64,000 nt of DNA from Nageia nagi (Eukaryota > Plantae > Pinophyta), in NCBI GenBank assembly GCA_050084985.1, contig JBITNC010000001.1, positions 97,588,001 through 97,652,000 on the forward strand, read 5' to 3'. Positions 13,432 through 27,600 of this stretch are shown here, one piece after another. Each line of letters opens with the position of its first letter. The first letter of the stretch is position 1. Made by a program: the position numbers and the translations under genes. The notes under the pieces are model-generated. The model was not told where the DNA came from. It searched no databases and worked only from the letters and a program-made list of their open reading frames with translations.

Positions 13432-13767
13432 CTCCCTTAACGATCTGATGACATTAACAAGATCCATCGAGACGGAGATAATTGTTTGAAATTAGATAAT
13501 AAAATATAATATCTTGGACAAGGAGGTTTAGATACCTAGTTTAGATCTACAATTTAAATTTTAAATTTACTTTGTAAGTTTTTTTTTCTTTATTTTTAAT
13601 CGTTATATATATTAATATTAATATTATTTTGAAATGGCATTATATATTATGTATTTTATGATCATTTGTGTTAGTAGTATGATTGTTAGAATATTTGTTT
13701 TATGTTTTAGTAGAACTATTGTTTGTCATTGGATTGTATTGTGGATAAAGATTAAAATATTTCTTAT

Positions 13768-16700
13768 GTAGGTCAAAGAAACTTCTAGAGTAGCATGCAT
13801 TAGGTTTTTTCTAGCCTGTGTCACATCGTCAACTCTTTCAAAGAGCGTGCAGGATTCAAACTTTCTATATTATAATTGATTTTTACATTTACTCTATCTA
13901 AGGTGAATACGTGTTTTTATTATGCCTCCAACTCATTATGCAGCTTCACCAGTTGAAGTTATGGGAGCGAGCAATGGCATCCATAGTGAAGCATCCTTAG
14001 AAGTTTGTCCCTAAGGTGTGCATTGAGGTAATACATCTCTTGATATTATCATTCCTTTAAATGAGTTTTATCATGCATGTTCTTGGCTTGAGTCACATAC
14101 CCTTACTAAGTATTTCATATCCCATTAGATGTAGTTCTTAAGACTTGGATTGATCAATGTCGGTGCCCCTATGGCATCTAGGTTGATCATGTCTAGAACC
14201 TTACCAAATGTTTCTTTCATTTTCAATTTTTTGACCCTAAATAGGAAAAAATATTTTTTGACAACAGGCTAAGTTATATACATAAAATCCTTTTGATTTT
14301 TCAACCTTGGTTTAGGGGTTTTTCAATTATTGACACTCTTTCTTTGGTTGTCCCAGTGTGGATTGAGTTTCCAGGTCTCCCTCTTACCATGTGGCCTTTC
14401 CTGCAACTTCTCATCACTCTAGATTGGTGAATTTGTGTATAACGAACCTATTAGGTTCTATTCTACTCGTCCATAAAAAAGGATGTGTGTCAAGGTTGAC
14501 CTTGCGAAGTCCTTGAAAGAATATATTGATATTCAGGTTGGTGATACCTTGCTTCACCAAAGGGTTGTTTATGTTAATTTCTCAAATACTTGTTATCGAT
14601 GTCAATCAAGCACCTATGGAATCAAGGATTATCCACTTATGGTGGATAAGTTTAAGAATAAACTTGTCTCCCCTACTACTTAACTCCCTCTAGGATTCGA
14701 TCGTAAAGGGTTCTCAGGAGGAGTGGTAGATGGTGCCTCAACATAAGGGAAAAGGTACTAAACTAGTTAACTCCTATCAACTATCTACAAGCTACACTCA
14801 AGTCATAGCTCTCAAACTGACATTAGAAATTAAAGCTCCTCCTCCTCCCACACCTAAGAGTGTTAAGGAGTCAGGGATTTTTCAAAGGAGGATGGTCTCA
14901 CTTTGGTTTCAACAGTTACAACAAGCAAAGGGGGTTCACACCTAAGTGACATGTCAACTTCCCATAGCCCACCTCAAGGAAATCTGGTGTTACACATGGA
15001 CAAGCGATGTCATACCAATCCCTCGAATAAAGGGTAGGAAAGTTTTTTCATATAATACTTTTCAGTCACTTTCTAATTCAAAATTAGATGTGTATGCTTA
15101 GGGAGGTATGATCCTGGATATTCCTATTGAATTTCTTTTCATGGAATGCCCAAGGACTAACAAATCAAGTTCGAGATTACATGGTTCAAGAAGAGATGTT
15201 TTCATATTTTCATTTGTATGGTTATCCTAATTTTGTATGTTTGTAAGAAGTTAAAGTAGCTAATTTCACTTTGCAATTAATGTATACTTCCATTTAGCTT
15301 AATAGCTAGGTGCACACCACGAATCACACCTATGGGAGTGGTGGCACTGTCATATTGTTAGGCAACAAGTGGAAGACTAATTTCAATGATGGGATACTGA
15401 TCCCAATCATCATATTATTTGGATATTATGATAAGTTATGGTACATCACTCAAAATCATTAATGTTTATACATCAAATAAAGCCTGGCAAGGTGTGCATT
15501 ATGGTAGTGGTGTGTGTTTTCACTTCCATCGATAGTATGGCTAATTGTGGAGATTTTAATATGGTAGAAAAGGCATTTGACAAGATCATTTCCACTCCTA
15601 ATAAGTGGCCTTTGGGGAACATGAGGTGTGATTTTTTATGAAACACAAATTAGGGTTGGTAGACCCAAATGTCATCTTTAATGTGAACCTCTTGCCAAAG
15701 CATCTTTGGTACATGTGGTCCAACCTCTAAGCTGGCCATACAAGAGTAATCAAATGGCTTTATTATGCAATGTTTTCTAACCATCAAGAATTTTCCTTCT
15801 CCTGATGGGTGTCAAATCCATTTGTGGAAAGGCCTCACTTTGTTTGATCTTGTCCCCATCACCTTTAGAATTTAGATATCTTCTTTGCATCAATGGCATT
15901 TCAAATCCAGTTCTTTTTTAATACATATTTTCATGCAAAAGTGATATTATGCTTTGCCACATTCATAAAGTGTGGAAGTTATTTCCCCAACCATCAAGTG
16001 ACACAGGGTGGATAGATTGGTGGAATGCTGCTATATTGCTATTTTGCATAAATTGGGAAATAAGGTTGTTCAATTCATATGCCAATCCTCCACATCCCTT
16101 TGTGCTAAATTTACTTAAGCTTCTATTCATTTGGAATATAATTCATTTTGTATGCACCTGCAAATACAAGCTTCCCATATACATGATCTTAAGCTTATTG
16201 AAATGTATGAAGCTAAAGGATCCCATATTAATGCCAAACTACACTGGTTAAAAATTAGGGATAAGTTTTCCAAGGAATTTTTTCAAAGATTCCATCCACT
16301 AAGATAATCCACCCAATTCAAAGTTTTGTATGATGATGGAGTTTAATTAACATCTCTTCCTGAGATTGCTAACTCCTTTATCCATCACTATACTCAAGTG
16401 TTTGTAGCTCAACTCCATACTCTTGAGGGATCTCAAGCTCTTAAAAAATGTAAATATGTAGTACCTTCTATACTCTCTCCCCTTCATATAGTTGAGTGTG
16501 AGAAGCTCTTATCTGTTAAGGAGTTAAAGGATGCTCTTATATAGATGGAAAATGGCAAAGCATAAGGATTGGATGACTTTCCTTATGAATTTTATAAAGT
16601 CTATTGGGACTTTTTAGGCTCAAACCTTCATAAGGTTTACCTTAAGGCAGTTCAAACTAGCTCTCTTTGTGACCTTATCAAGAAAGGGAATATTAAGTTC

Positions 16701-19700
16701 ATCCTAAAGCAGGGCAACCTAGAGCTCATTACAAATTGAAGGCCAATAACCCTTTTGAATATTAGTTACAAAATCATTGCAAAGGCCCTTACTTTACATC
16801 TCAGACCCATCCTTATGATTATTGTTAGTCCTAAGAAAACTAGATTTATCCAAAATCACTACATCTTGGACAATCTAATAGTTGTGTGGGAGGGAATGGA
16901 GTGGGCTCGTTCCACCAACCAACAAGATCTCTTTATCAAGATGGATGTTGAAAAAGCTTATGACAAGATTCAATGGGTCTTTATTCTTTCATGTTGGAAG
17001 CTTTAGGGTTTGGCCTCATATTTGTGAATATTGTGAACATGCTTTTCAATGATGTATTTATTATTCTTTCTTTGAATAATATGTAGATAAATACTATTGG
17101 GATTCATTGCTCTATTCGATAAGGTTGCCTACTAGCCCCATACCTTTATGTTCTAGCTGCAAAAGCTTTTGGGTACTTGCTTGCCAAGCATTCTAATGAA
17201 GGCAAAATTTGTGGGATCCTACTTCCTAGGAATTAAGTTAGCTAGTAATTGGAACATTACAGATGATTCTTTTTTAACCATTCAAGAAGATGAATAGTCC
17301 ATTTATGAGGCAATGGAGTATCTAAACACCTTCTATAAGGTGTTAGGCTCTAGTATTCATTGGTCAAAAACTATTTTCTATAGGTAGTGCCCTCTAGATA
17401 TGCCAACTTGGCTATCTAATTATCCATGGAAATGGATTCAAATTGGGGAGGTTTTCAACTATGTAGGCATCCCCTTTGCATTTTAGGGGTCACCACCCTA
17501 GCTCTAAAATTATGTTATTGCTAAGGTTGAAAAGAAGCTCAACTACTGGAACTCTAAAAAGCTCTCATTAACAAGAAAATTTCAATTTTGGTCTAACATT
17601 TTGGCTTATACCTATGTGTACTACTCATCCTATTGGGTGCCTTCACAAGCTAGAAAATCTTTTACAAGACTTCCTCTAGAATAGCTAAGTAGATAAAAAG
17701 GGGTTTCATAAAGTGGCTTAGCAAACTTGTTGCCTTCCTTGGGACTCAAGAGGTATGGGTGTTTTTGACTACAAATGCTAGGGTATGGTTCTTTGTACTA
17801 AGTGGATTGTTAGAGCTTTGAAAGGAATAGAAGCTTAGAAAATGCTCATTAAAAATGTAGTTTATATGGGCTTACCTCTTAATAGAAAAGTGTGAAAAGG
17901 GTTAGATTTTCCCTTCCTTATTATGGTTCCTATATATGTAAAAATTCTAGGCTTATTCGTCATTTGGAGCATCTGGAAAGCTTGGCACAACTGTACTTTT
18001 AGCTATCGTATTGGAGCATTGGAACTGGCACAACTGTACCTTGGATTAAATGGAAGGGTTCTAAGTTCCATAAAGGACTTTCTATTAATAAATTGAACAT
18101 ATGGTGGTCTTCATTGTTTCAACTTAATGGTACCCCACTTTCTCAGGTTCAATGGGTTCATGCTTATAAGTTCTTCAAACTAGGCATTGTTATTATTGCA
18201 GTTTTTTTGATAAGCACTTCAGGAATTAAATTCCTTGGTACTAGCTCATGAAAGTTTTTACTAGAATACCTCAAATAAAGCTACTTATGACATTATTATT
18301 GAGATTACACTTTATTTTATTCTTCACAAAATTTGTGTAAATTCTCAAAAACCTTAGTGGAAAGATTGGGGATGTAATCCCAACATCCCATTGCTTAATT
18401 ACAAAGTGACTTTGGGGTACAACTAGCTTACTCTAATGTTGCCCATAGTTCCATAACTTAATGTCAAGTGGGATATGGTTTCTTAACACACTTGGTGGAA
18501 GCAACGTTCAAGGTTACATGGGATTCCTACCATGAATCAAAAAAAGCCTTTTTTGTTTGGATTTTGCTTAATTAGAGTCTTCTGTTAGGTTCTTACCTTA
18601 AGTATCTTGGAGTCCCACACCCTTCGATATGCTTTTTGTAATGAACTTAAGTCCAATATGCATGTGTTTTGATCTTGCCCTAGGGCTATTGCTTCTTGGA
18701 AGTGGGTAGCTTCCTTTTTTGTTCTTTACATGCCTCTACTATTTTCATGGTATGGCAACATGCATTGCTAGGGGATTCTTTTATCCTCACCCTTCCTTTG
18801 AGAATTGTTTGGTATATTTTTTGTTCCACTCTTTTGTTTCACATTTAGAAAGCTAGAAATAAAGTGGTTTTTCAAGAAGCAACACCCATAGTAGAATTTT
18901 CTCTCTCTAACAAAATTGAGGTCTTTTTTTGATATGTGAATGCAGATTATTGATCAAGCTCAGAAGGTAGAGCTTTAGTTAGCCCATCTTCACACCTTGT
19001 TGGATTATTAGGAAAATGCTCCTTATGCGATCAATCAATTGCCTCCTAGTTTAGCCTCTCAAGATTACTCTCAGAATGTAGAGCTTTAGTTAGCCCATCT
19101 TCACACACTGTTGGATTATTGGGAAAATGCTCCTTATGCGATTAGTCGATTGCCTCCTAGTTTAGCCTCTTAGGATTGCTCGCACTCTTGCTCATGTCGA
19201 TCTTCCTTATCACATTCGTGGTTGTTGTATGATGTTCAACCATGGGATCAGTTTTCCCCTACAAGGAAGTGTTTTAATGATTTTGGGATAAGCTCTTCCA
19301 GACCTCTTAGTGGATGGGATATGCCACCTCTAGTTGACCTAATTTTAGGTTGGAATAATTTGCTATCTTCTATGCCTATTGGTCAATTGGGGTGGTCTCA
19401 ACCTCAGTATTCACAAGAAGCTACAAGATGGGGTGATAAAGATGATAGTCCACCTAGGGCCAATGATGGTTTGGAACTTCACTCTTTGTCTTCTAATGAA
19501 TGGAATCACATGGTTACTTGTGATGCATCCCCCACATGCTCTCTCCATGAGATAAATGCATAGTTTGCTTTATTTTCTAAAGTTCAATGTGATGGTTTCT
19601 AGGATGCTCTTTTATCTTAACTTTTAATAAGTTAATGTGATCGGGATGTTCTAACCTGGGCTTAGGGTTAGAAAATAACTTTTTTGGTGTGCTCTCTACC

Positions 19701-19771
19701 ACCTGCAAACTACATTTTGTTGTAAAAGATTTTTACCTTTAATAAGAACTTTTCATATATATATATAAAAA
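13768..19771 (+). mobile_element. Near full-length degenerate L1-clade LINE (~6 kb)
   Basis: ORF1: VPVWIEFPGLP (~14349), CVKVDLAKSL, zinc knuckle CYRCQS (~14590). Endonuclease: FSWNAQGL (~15136), CGDFNM (~15546). RT: GLDDFPYEFYKVYWD, RPITLLNISYKIIAKAL, FIKMDVEKAYDKIQW, SIR*GCLLAPYL, DDS (~17262). A zf-RVT-like region lies at ~18500-18700. (TA)n+A tail at 19755-19771. Possible degenerate TSD: AAAATATTTCTTAT (13754-13767) / GGAATATTTGCCTTAT (19772-19787). Confidence 0.92.
18968..19182. repeat. Direct tandem duplication, 2 x 111 bp, within the LINE 3' region
   Basis: TAGAGCTTTAGTTAGCCCATCTTCACAC...GCCTCCTAGTTTAGCCTCT occurs at 18968 and 19079. Confidence 0.95.
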
Positions 19772-19989
19772 GGAATATTTGCCTTATATTTTTCATATGT
19801 CAATGAGAATTATTGAAGTTAGATTGTTAGACTTATATGAAAGGGAGATTGCTATTTATTATATATTGATTTTTTTATATAATATAATTATTTTTCACAT
19901 ATATGATGGGTTTTTGAGTTACAAAAATAATCTTAACAATTAATATATTTATAGATTTAATCTTATAAAAAATTTAATTACAATAATGA

Positions 19990-21400
19990 TCACGTGTATG
20001 TGAGACCCATTTATACGAAAATGATTATGTCCAACAAGTACAAGATGAATACATATGGAAGGTTTGAAAAGGATGCAAATGATTTTGATCCCTACACAAG
20101 AAGGATCTACATAGTACAAAAGTCATGGCATAAACATATTTGTAAGATAAGAATTAAAAAATAAGGTATGAATTATGAAGGAAAAAAGGTTTGAGATCCT
20201 TACAAATAAAATTCATAATAAAAAAACAATTTTTAGAATTATTTTTTGAAAGTAATAAAAAATGCATTAATATAAAAATATTACAATATCTACAAGAATT
20301 GTACCTTTGAAGAAGATTTTAAAGTGTTGAAAATCAAATATGAAGACCATAAAGCTACACATAAAGAATATAAGATAAATTAAAATTTTATATGACTTAC
20401 CATAATAAAAATTTAATTTGATTATACAAATTAATAATGATTGATTGATATATATACATACAAATATAATATATATGATGATACTTGTAGAATCAAGTTA
20501 AACTAAAATAAACATTAACTCAAAAAATAAGATAGCTAAAACTAATTAAAGTTTATAGAAATAAAAAACTTCAAAACTGTAAAAGACAAAGGTTACGTGA
20601 ATAAGTTTGTTTAAGCATTTATAAATCTCATGATAAAGTTAAGAAAAAAATCTAAATTAACAATAGATAAGTGTGTATAATAGGTCATTAGTTTAAATAT
20701 TATAATAGAATAATTCATACTAAATAGAAATAACACCATCATTATGGAACAATATCACTATTATGATAGTGATATAATTGTTGCGATACTAATTAGGATT
20801 TTAAAATACTAAATATAGGGAAAAGGTGGTTTTGGAGTAGATTTAGAATTGAAATAGAAGAACATAAAAATTCAAAGCAATATAATGGATTAAATATAAA
20901 ATCAAAATAAGAAATGCGCTATAAACCATTAAATCCTATATTCAAAATCATTAATTAATAATAATAAAAACCTAAATCTTGATATATAAATAAGATTAAT
21001 TATAAACATAAAAAATATAAATTCAAAAATAAATTTAAAAAAGAAATGAGCATTTATAAATATTTAAAATTAAAGGTTAATACCCTAGACAAAGATAAAG
21101 CAAAAAATAAAGGAAGCTAAGGTATATAATGAGACATCCTAAAATTTATAATATTTATACCAAAATATGAAGTTGATGCTGTAAAAAATTGATATAGATA
21201 TATTAAGGTGGTTGATGTATATAATATATTTATCATAAAATTTTAAAAAATATAGAAAAAACTTCAAATCTCTATTAATGGACTAAAAGTGATAAGTCTC
21301 TTCAATATCGTGGAAGAATGAACCCCTAAGGCACTAAAGAGTATAACCTTGTGCTATAAGGATAACTATAAAATATAAAATTATTTAATATAATAAATTA
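19990..21400 (+). mobile_element. Decayed A-rich retroid/endogenous pararetrovirus-like fragment with dUTPase and aspartic protease relics
   Basis: Ordered dUTPase-like motifs across frameshifts: IEITP../HYGTI (~20724-20755), DSD (~20765), IVAILI (~20777), GKGGFG (GGAAAAGGTGGTTTTGGA 20819-20836). Then FIPKYEVDAV..IDID (~21155-21200), resembling a protease 'DA.IDTG' segment. Strong plus-strand A skew. Confidence 0.45.
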
Positions 21401-23909
21401 AAAGATTAAAATTTAATAAAGGGAAGTAGTAAATGGGTGTTTTAAGTCTATATACCCTAAGATTATCTGAGTTTAGGATCATACAATGAATAAGGCAATG
21501 AGAAGAAGCCAAGAGAATGTTGACTATAACAATCATATATTGCAACATTTGAGTCTTAGAATGAGTATAAGATGTAAGGATGGTGAAGATAATATTTAAA
21601 ATTATGAGCATAAAGTGTGATTAGAAGATAGAAAAAATATAGAAAATATAAAATGGTGTATGGATGCTGGCAAGAAGAACATTTGAAAGCATACGAGAAT
21701 AAGATCACAATTATGAGGATTATAATTACATACATTAAAAACTCATTATTATATTTAATATTCACCTTATGAATAATATTATTATTTATTAGTATCATAT
21801 TTGAAGTAATTCCTCTTGATCTTGGTAGATAGTAGAATAAATTTCATGGTCACACTTGGAGCTATTGACTTGCTCTAATGATAGGGGACAAATTCTTATT
21901 AACCAACCCTTTTCCCATATAATGTTCATACCTATATCAAATATTAGATTACTTTCTCCATAGTCTAACTAAACATACCAACTACTAATAATCATTCCTT
22001 CACTTAGTCAATACTACCAAGTTCTATATCCTAAGGTTATATTGCAAGCCTAAGCTACTATTATGATGACCATCTTTGTTGAACATACTAACATTAGGCT
22101 ATATCTGATTCAACCTCAATTCTTAAATTATCTTCATTATCAAAATCCCATATTGTTGATATATTTATGTCCCCTTTGAAACTTGCTCCATCCCTTGGTT
22201 AGAAATTGCATCTAATCCTCTTGCTAGAGGTGTTATACTTACTTTATTTCCATTTTGTTTAACACAACAACACTTTAACTCGAATACCTACTTGTACGAT
22301 GCCTACTTATTATTTATTTATTATGACCTCTCAATGAAATTCACTTGCCCAAGATATTCTCTAAATTATATTCTTGATGCACTACATAATCTCTATGTGA
22401 ATCATCTTAATGGTATGGCACATAGATGCTCTTCTTATACATGGTTATATTGACCCACATATAATTTATCAACATACTCATATACACAATCCCAAATATC
22501 CAACACATTAGCCTAACTTCAAGCCCAACTTATCACTTCTTAGCCATAAATTCTTATTGCCTAGTCATGCATAATAACACTTCTTGTTGATATAACTTAG
22601 GCTACCTTGGTCGAAAAAATTGTCCAACAATGTTGAGATTTATTAGGCTTGGTATATCTAAGACTAATTATTTTTCCTAATCTTATTCAACTTGAACTAC
22701 TACTAAATATATTTTTCTTTCCTTAGGTTGATTACTTGCATGTGATTGGTTTTAGATATGTCATTTAATTATCTCCAAGGTTGCTTGTATTTGCAACGTA
22801 TCTTACATAATATGTGTTAATAGTGGTGACTGATCCTAATGTGTTGTAGTTAAGAAAATAATCTAACTTGTTGAATTCAAGCTAAGAAAGAAAAAATATA
22901 TAATTACTTGAAAATAAATCTAAACTAGAAAGTGATTAAATTGTTGAAAAGAAATTAAAGCAATAAATTTTCAACAATCGAAATTACTTTAGAAAGAAGT
23001 AAATATAGTAATTAAATTGAATTCTAAAGGAAAGAACTTGAATGCAATATTACCAAAGTTGGTTTTAAATAAAATTCATAATTTCATAATATATAGTTAA
23101 CAAATATACATGAACAAATAGTGAGATGGAAACGTACTTACAATGAAAATGATGGAACAATAAGAATTATAATATCTAACAACAAATAAGAGGGAAAAAT
23201 CTTGCATAGATTAATGGTGTGGATGGATCTGTACCATCACCACTAATCACATCTTGATTTCTCTCTAACAAAAATTTAGATTTATATCAATAATAGATTT
23301 TATTCATGTAAAATACTAATACATATTAGAGGTTTTAATCATGAAAGCTTAATTTTTCTTTTTCTATATATTTTTTTATATCTCTCTATATTTTCTAGTT
23401 CTCTTAAATCTGAAGAAAGAACTAGTTTTTTACTATGGAGGGAATTAGAACAACATACTCTATTCGTTTCTCTTTGATAGTATGCATTTTATATTTAATA
23501 AAAGAATTAAATTCATTGTCAAGGATATTGAGAAAATAAGTCTCTAATTAATTTACTAACAAATTATATGTAAAGATAATTCCAAAGTTTATACTAACTA
23601 CTATGCGATAAGGATAATTAAGAAATAATAGATTTTGAGTTCAAGTGTAACATTTATGGGACATGAACAGTCCATGTGGCTACTTATTTCTTCTACTCAT
23701 TCAAATTTGTTATGGTGTTACAATAAAAGAAATGAGGAATTTCATGAGAAAATGGTAGATCCGATCATGAATGCAATGCCTACACATCCCATCCCAATGT
23801 ACACAACTCTCCTACACATTCTCACCACTACCTTCATATCCATATCCTTCTTCATCACCATGGCCTGCAACATCACCCCCACCACCCCCATCGAACAGAA
23901 GAAATTCAA

Positions 23910-24025
23910 TGTGTTTTCCACCACAAATACCTTGAAGCCCACACTTTCTAATGCTCCTTAAGGAGTTTTTGCCACCACAAATAGAAACTCAACATGTTTG
24001 CCACCACAAATACCTTGAATCTTTC
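23910..24025. repeat. Short dispersed/tandem repeat, 3 x CCACCACAAATA(CCTTGAA)
   Basis: The motif occurs at ~23917, ~23972 and ~24001. CTCCTTAAG/GCTTAAGGAGTTT also recurs at ~23955-24073. Confidence 0.7.
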
Positions 24026-24619
24026 ACCTCTTCATACCCAAACTCCTTAAGCTCGTTATGCTTAAGGAGTTTTAATCTACCCTTTTCTCTTCAACTAAAA
24101 AACAAGCATTCTCACATAATAGTAATGAATAAAACTTTGAATGCTTAATACTTTATGATATTTAAATTGTTTACAAAATAATAAAATATTATTAGTAATT
24201 TAAGTCACAAATTAAACATAAATAAAAAAGACTTATTATGATTTAACATAGATAAAAGATTAAAATTTTGTTATTGAATTCTTTTGATCTTGAAGGATTT
24301 AAATACTATGGTCTATTTAATTACCAAGGTATGTATATTTTAATTTTAAAAATAAAATATCAAAATTTTGATGTGAAAACATATATGTAATGATAGATTA
24401 CATCAAATAAATGAAATGAAATGAAATATTATCAATGTCCATGATGGATCAAAAGTGACCCAAAGAAGTAGGAAAATAGGATAGTAAAAACTATAATTAG
24501 GTGGTCTAAAAATGTCTAGTGAAAGAGAAAATAGAAAATAAATACAAATAGTGTAAAACATGCTATGCAAATATGAAAGATCATCCAAAATTAATCTCCT
24601 TTAACATTAGATATAGATG

Positions 24620-25620
24620 AATCATTGCTGAAAAAATTATTGATTTTTCTTAATTTGTCTCTAGTTTGGAGTCTTAAAAGTTCCACTAGTACATTGTCTA
24701 GTTACCATGCTAGTGTATAAATGATTTGATTCTTGTCATTTTTTGGCCAACTCCTATATCCACCCTTAGTCTATCAAAATTGGTGAAGTATTTTGTGATA
24801 AGTTGAGATTGTGGAGGATGAGAGGCACTTAAATGAGAGCTCTACTGCTGACAAAAATGGATTGCTTATTTGATATGAAGTCTAAGATAATATTGATCCT
24901 TATAACAAAAAAATATTAATATAGAGTGTGACTCAATTTTTAAGAGACAATAAAATTTGCATATAATCTCATAGTATATCAAATAATGGAACATAAAATA
25001 ATGTAGAGTTTCTACTTCTCCTAAGAAATAAAAAATACATATCCTCTCCTCTCTTAGTATATGGTGATATGATCTAACCCAAAGCTGACGGGAGCATACT
25101 CAAAGCTACCTAATGGAGATTTGTATGCCATTTATCATAAATTGTTGGAGGTAGTGAGGAGACACTATCTGACAATATTGGATATGGAGAAAATGCTCAT
25201 GATAAAAGCATAGTTTGAAAGAGGGGTGAGTAATAAGAGATATCCAAGTGCAATGGATATAATAGAGAGTGATGTCTTTTCAGATCTCATGACGTATATT
25301 TTCCTTCTTATTCCATGATGGTAGCTGAGGAATGCCAAGGGAGTAAGGATGAATTTTATAAATATGAATCTAAATACTTTATAGAAGTATAAATACTTCA
25401 TAATACCACTCCCTCTGTCTCACCTAACATTCAAAGAAAGGATCATTGAAGAGCATAAAGCAAGGTAAGAGTTCTTTATACACCCATAAGGAGTATCTTC
25501 CAAAGTGCAAAGCCTATGAAGGTATGTAATGATCTTCAAGCTAATCTGTAGTCGAATAGATGAAGGTATGTAATGATCTTCATGGTATGTGAGAGATTTC
25601 AATGAAATAAAGTATTGCTA
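24620..25620 (+). mobile_element. Old truncated LINE fragment (ORF1 end and endonuclease start)
   Basis: Weak motifs: ..VWSL.. and SKIGE.. (ORF1-like), GGAATGCCAAGGGA (WNAKG-like, ~25329) and GAGATTTCAATGAAATA (GDFNEI-like, ~25593). Confidence 0.4.
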
Positions 25621-27429
25621 GAAAAAAAAAGAATATTAGATTAAAAGAATTGATATTTCTCAAGATCCTAAAAGTGTTAGAACTTTGAGGGTTATTAGGT
25701 TTTAAAGCTACAAAACTATAAGATCATGCTACAATACCATGTAAAAGTTTTGAAGTTCATCATAATATAATGATAGCAAATAAAAGCATTAAGTAATGAT
25801 AATATATTGGCCTTGAAATGCACATCAATCTACAAGCACTGATAAGCAACCTTGAACATTTATGAACTCCAAAATAATCTTTAATTCCTTAATTAAAGGA
25901 TTTGAAGAATTAGATAATCTCTACTAATGTGAAGAATTTTCTAAAGCTATGTTGAATTTTGATGATGCTTCAATATTCTAGTGAACTCCTTTGTTGGCAT
26001 GGAATACGAGAATATAATAAGGTGAATATTGACATGGTCATCCAGATTATACAACATAAAATTTTATGATTTTAATTTGGTTGGATATATAAATATACCT
26101 TTCCAATGAGTACTCTCTTGTCTCAAATAGATCTATGGATCTCTTGTAATCTAAAATTTAATTTGAGTTACTAAAACTATCAAAAATTATGGTGATAAAG
26201 GAGATATGACCACCAATGTTAATGTAGATACCTATTCATCTTAATTAAATTCACAAATAGATACCTTGCAATATACAGTTGTAAATTAATCAAAGAGACC
26301 TTTATAATGGTGTATCCTATAACCAAAATGGATGAGTAGCACTCTAGTGAATTGTATCTAAAGTTGATGTCATCAATATGATTTCTAATAATCAAATTGG
26401 AGTTTTTTAAATATGTAACTTTGACATTTTTGAAGAAAATTTTATGTTATATATGGTTATAAAATTGGAGGAACAAACTTTTTAATGATCAAATACACAT
26501 AAAACATATAACAAAGGAACTTTAATGATAAGATAACTTAATCGCTAAAGTTTTCAATAGTTGATAGAATGCATATAAGGGTAAAATGAGTATTATGTAA
26601 CTTTTGTATTTGTCATAGGATATAAAAAGTGTTATAAATGGTTAGAAATAGGAAATTTTTTACTTTATAATGATTCAAGAATCAAATCTAAACAATTGAT
26701 AAATCTCTAACAACTTTTAGTGAAATGAAGGAAGGTATTAATTAGGGAATTGCATATACTAAGTTGACTATGTATTAAAACATATAGACAAAGGGTGGAA
26801 GACCTCTTATGAGTATGGGGTGTAATTTATTATTAGAAAGAAAAAATAAGGGCATTCCAAATATGAAATACTTATGATGAAATGATGTGCAAATATAAAG
26901 AAAAGACCCTCAAAAGCTTACTAGTTTTTCTATTGGAAAACATAATGAATATATTTTTCATAGATGATAAAACACATAGAATAAATTGAAAGGAAAATAT
27001 AGTCAATAAATATCAAACTAAAATTTAATTCTCTGTATTTCTCTAAATAAACTATTATATACTTCATGCTTTACAAATTACAATATGGGTGGGTATTCAC
27101 ATACAATATATGTTGGTTTACTGAATCTATGGTATTCAACATTACCATACACTAAAGACATATGCTATGATATTCAGTGGGATTAATGAGTTCATGCACC
27201 ACTTTAGTTATAATGTTGAACTGAATATAATAGTTAGGTAGATATCAAGGATCCCTAATAATTCCATGAAAGATTAGATATTTACAAAGATTTTCTCTTG
27301 CAGTCTGCATAAGTGAATCAAAATTGACTCATTTATGAACCTCATGGGATCATTTACAATTGGGATTATTTATAGATTGCATCGATGTAAGATAACAAAT
27401 AAGTTATCTACAAGAGAGAGATAGGTGAT

Positions 27430-27600
27430 GACATGGGGCACTCACAAAATAATATTAGGTAAGCATGCACACCATAAGGTACTCACAAAATAATGTTAGG
27501 TTACAAGCACACCATGGGGCAACTCATGAAATAATATTGGGTAAGCATGCACACCATAGGGAACTCAAAAAATAATGTTGGGTATGCATGCATCTCACTC
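27430..27600. repeat. ~40-bp tandem repeat x4 (also present at ~41240-41410)
   Basis: Units of GG(C/A)ACTCACAAAATAATGTT(A/G)GGTAAGCATGCACACCAT. Confidence 0.85.

Noticed and set aside
21880-22750. Possible minus-strand LINE ORF1/endonuclease relic (ISSWYV ~ IISWNV)
   Set aside because: The motif matches are too weak to call as a feature.
27430-27600. Regularly spaced ~40-bp repeats as a possible CRISPR array
   Set aside because: The units are contiguous and degenerate with no unique spacers, there are no cas genes, and the context is eukaryotic TE DNA.
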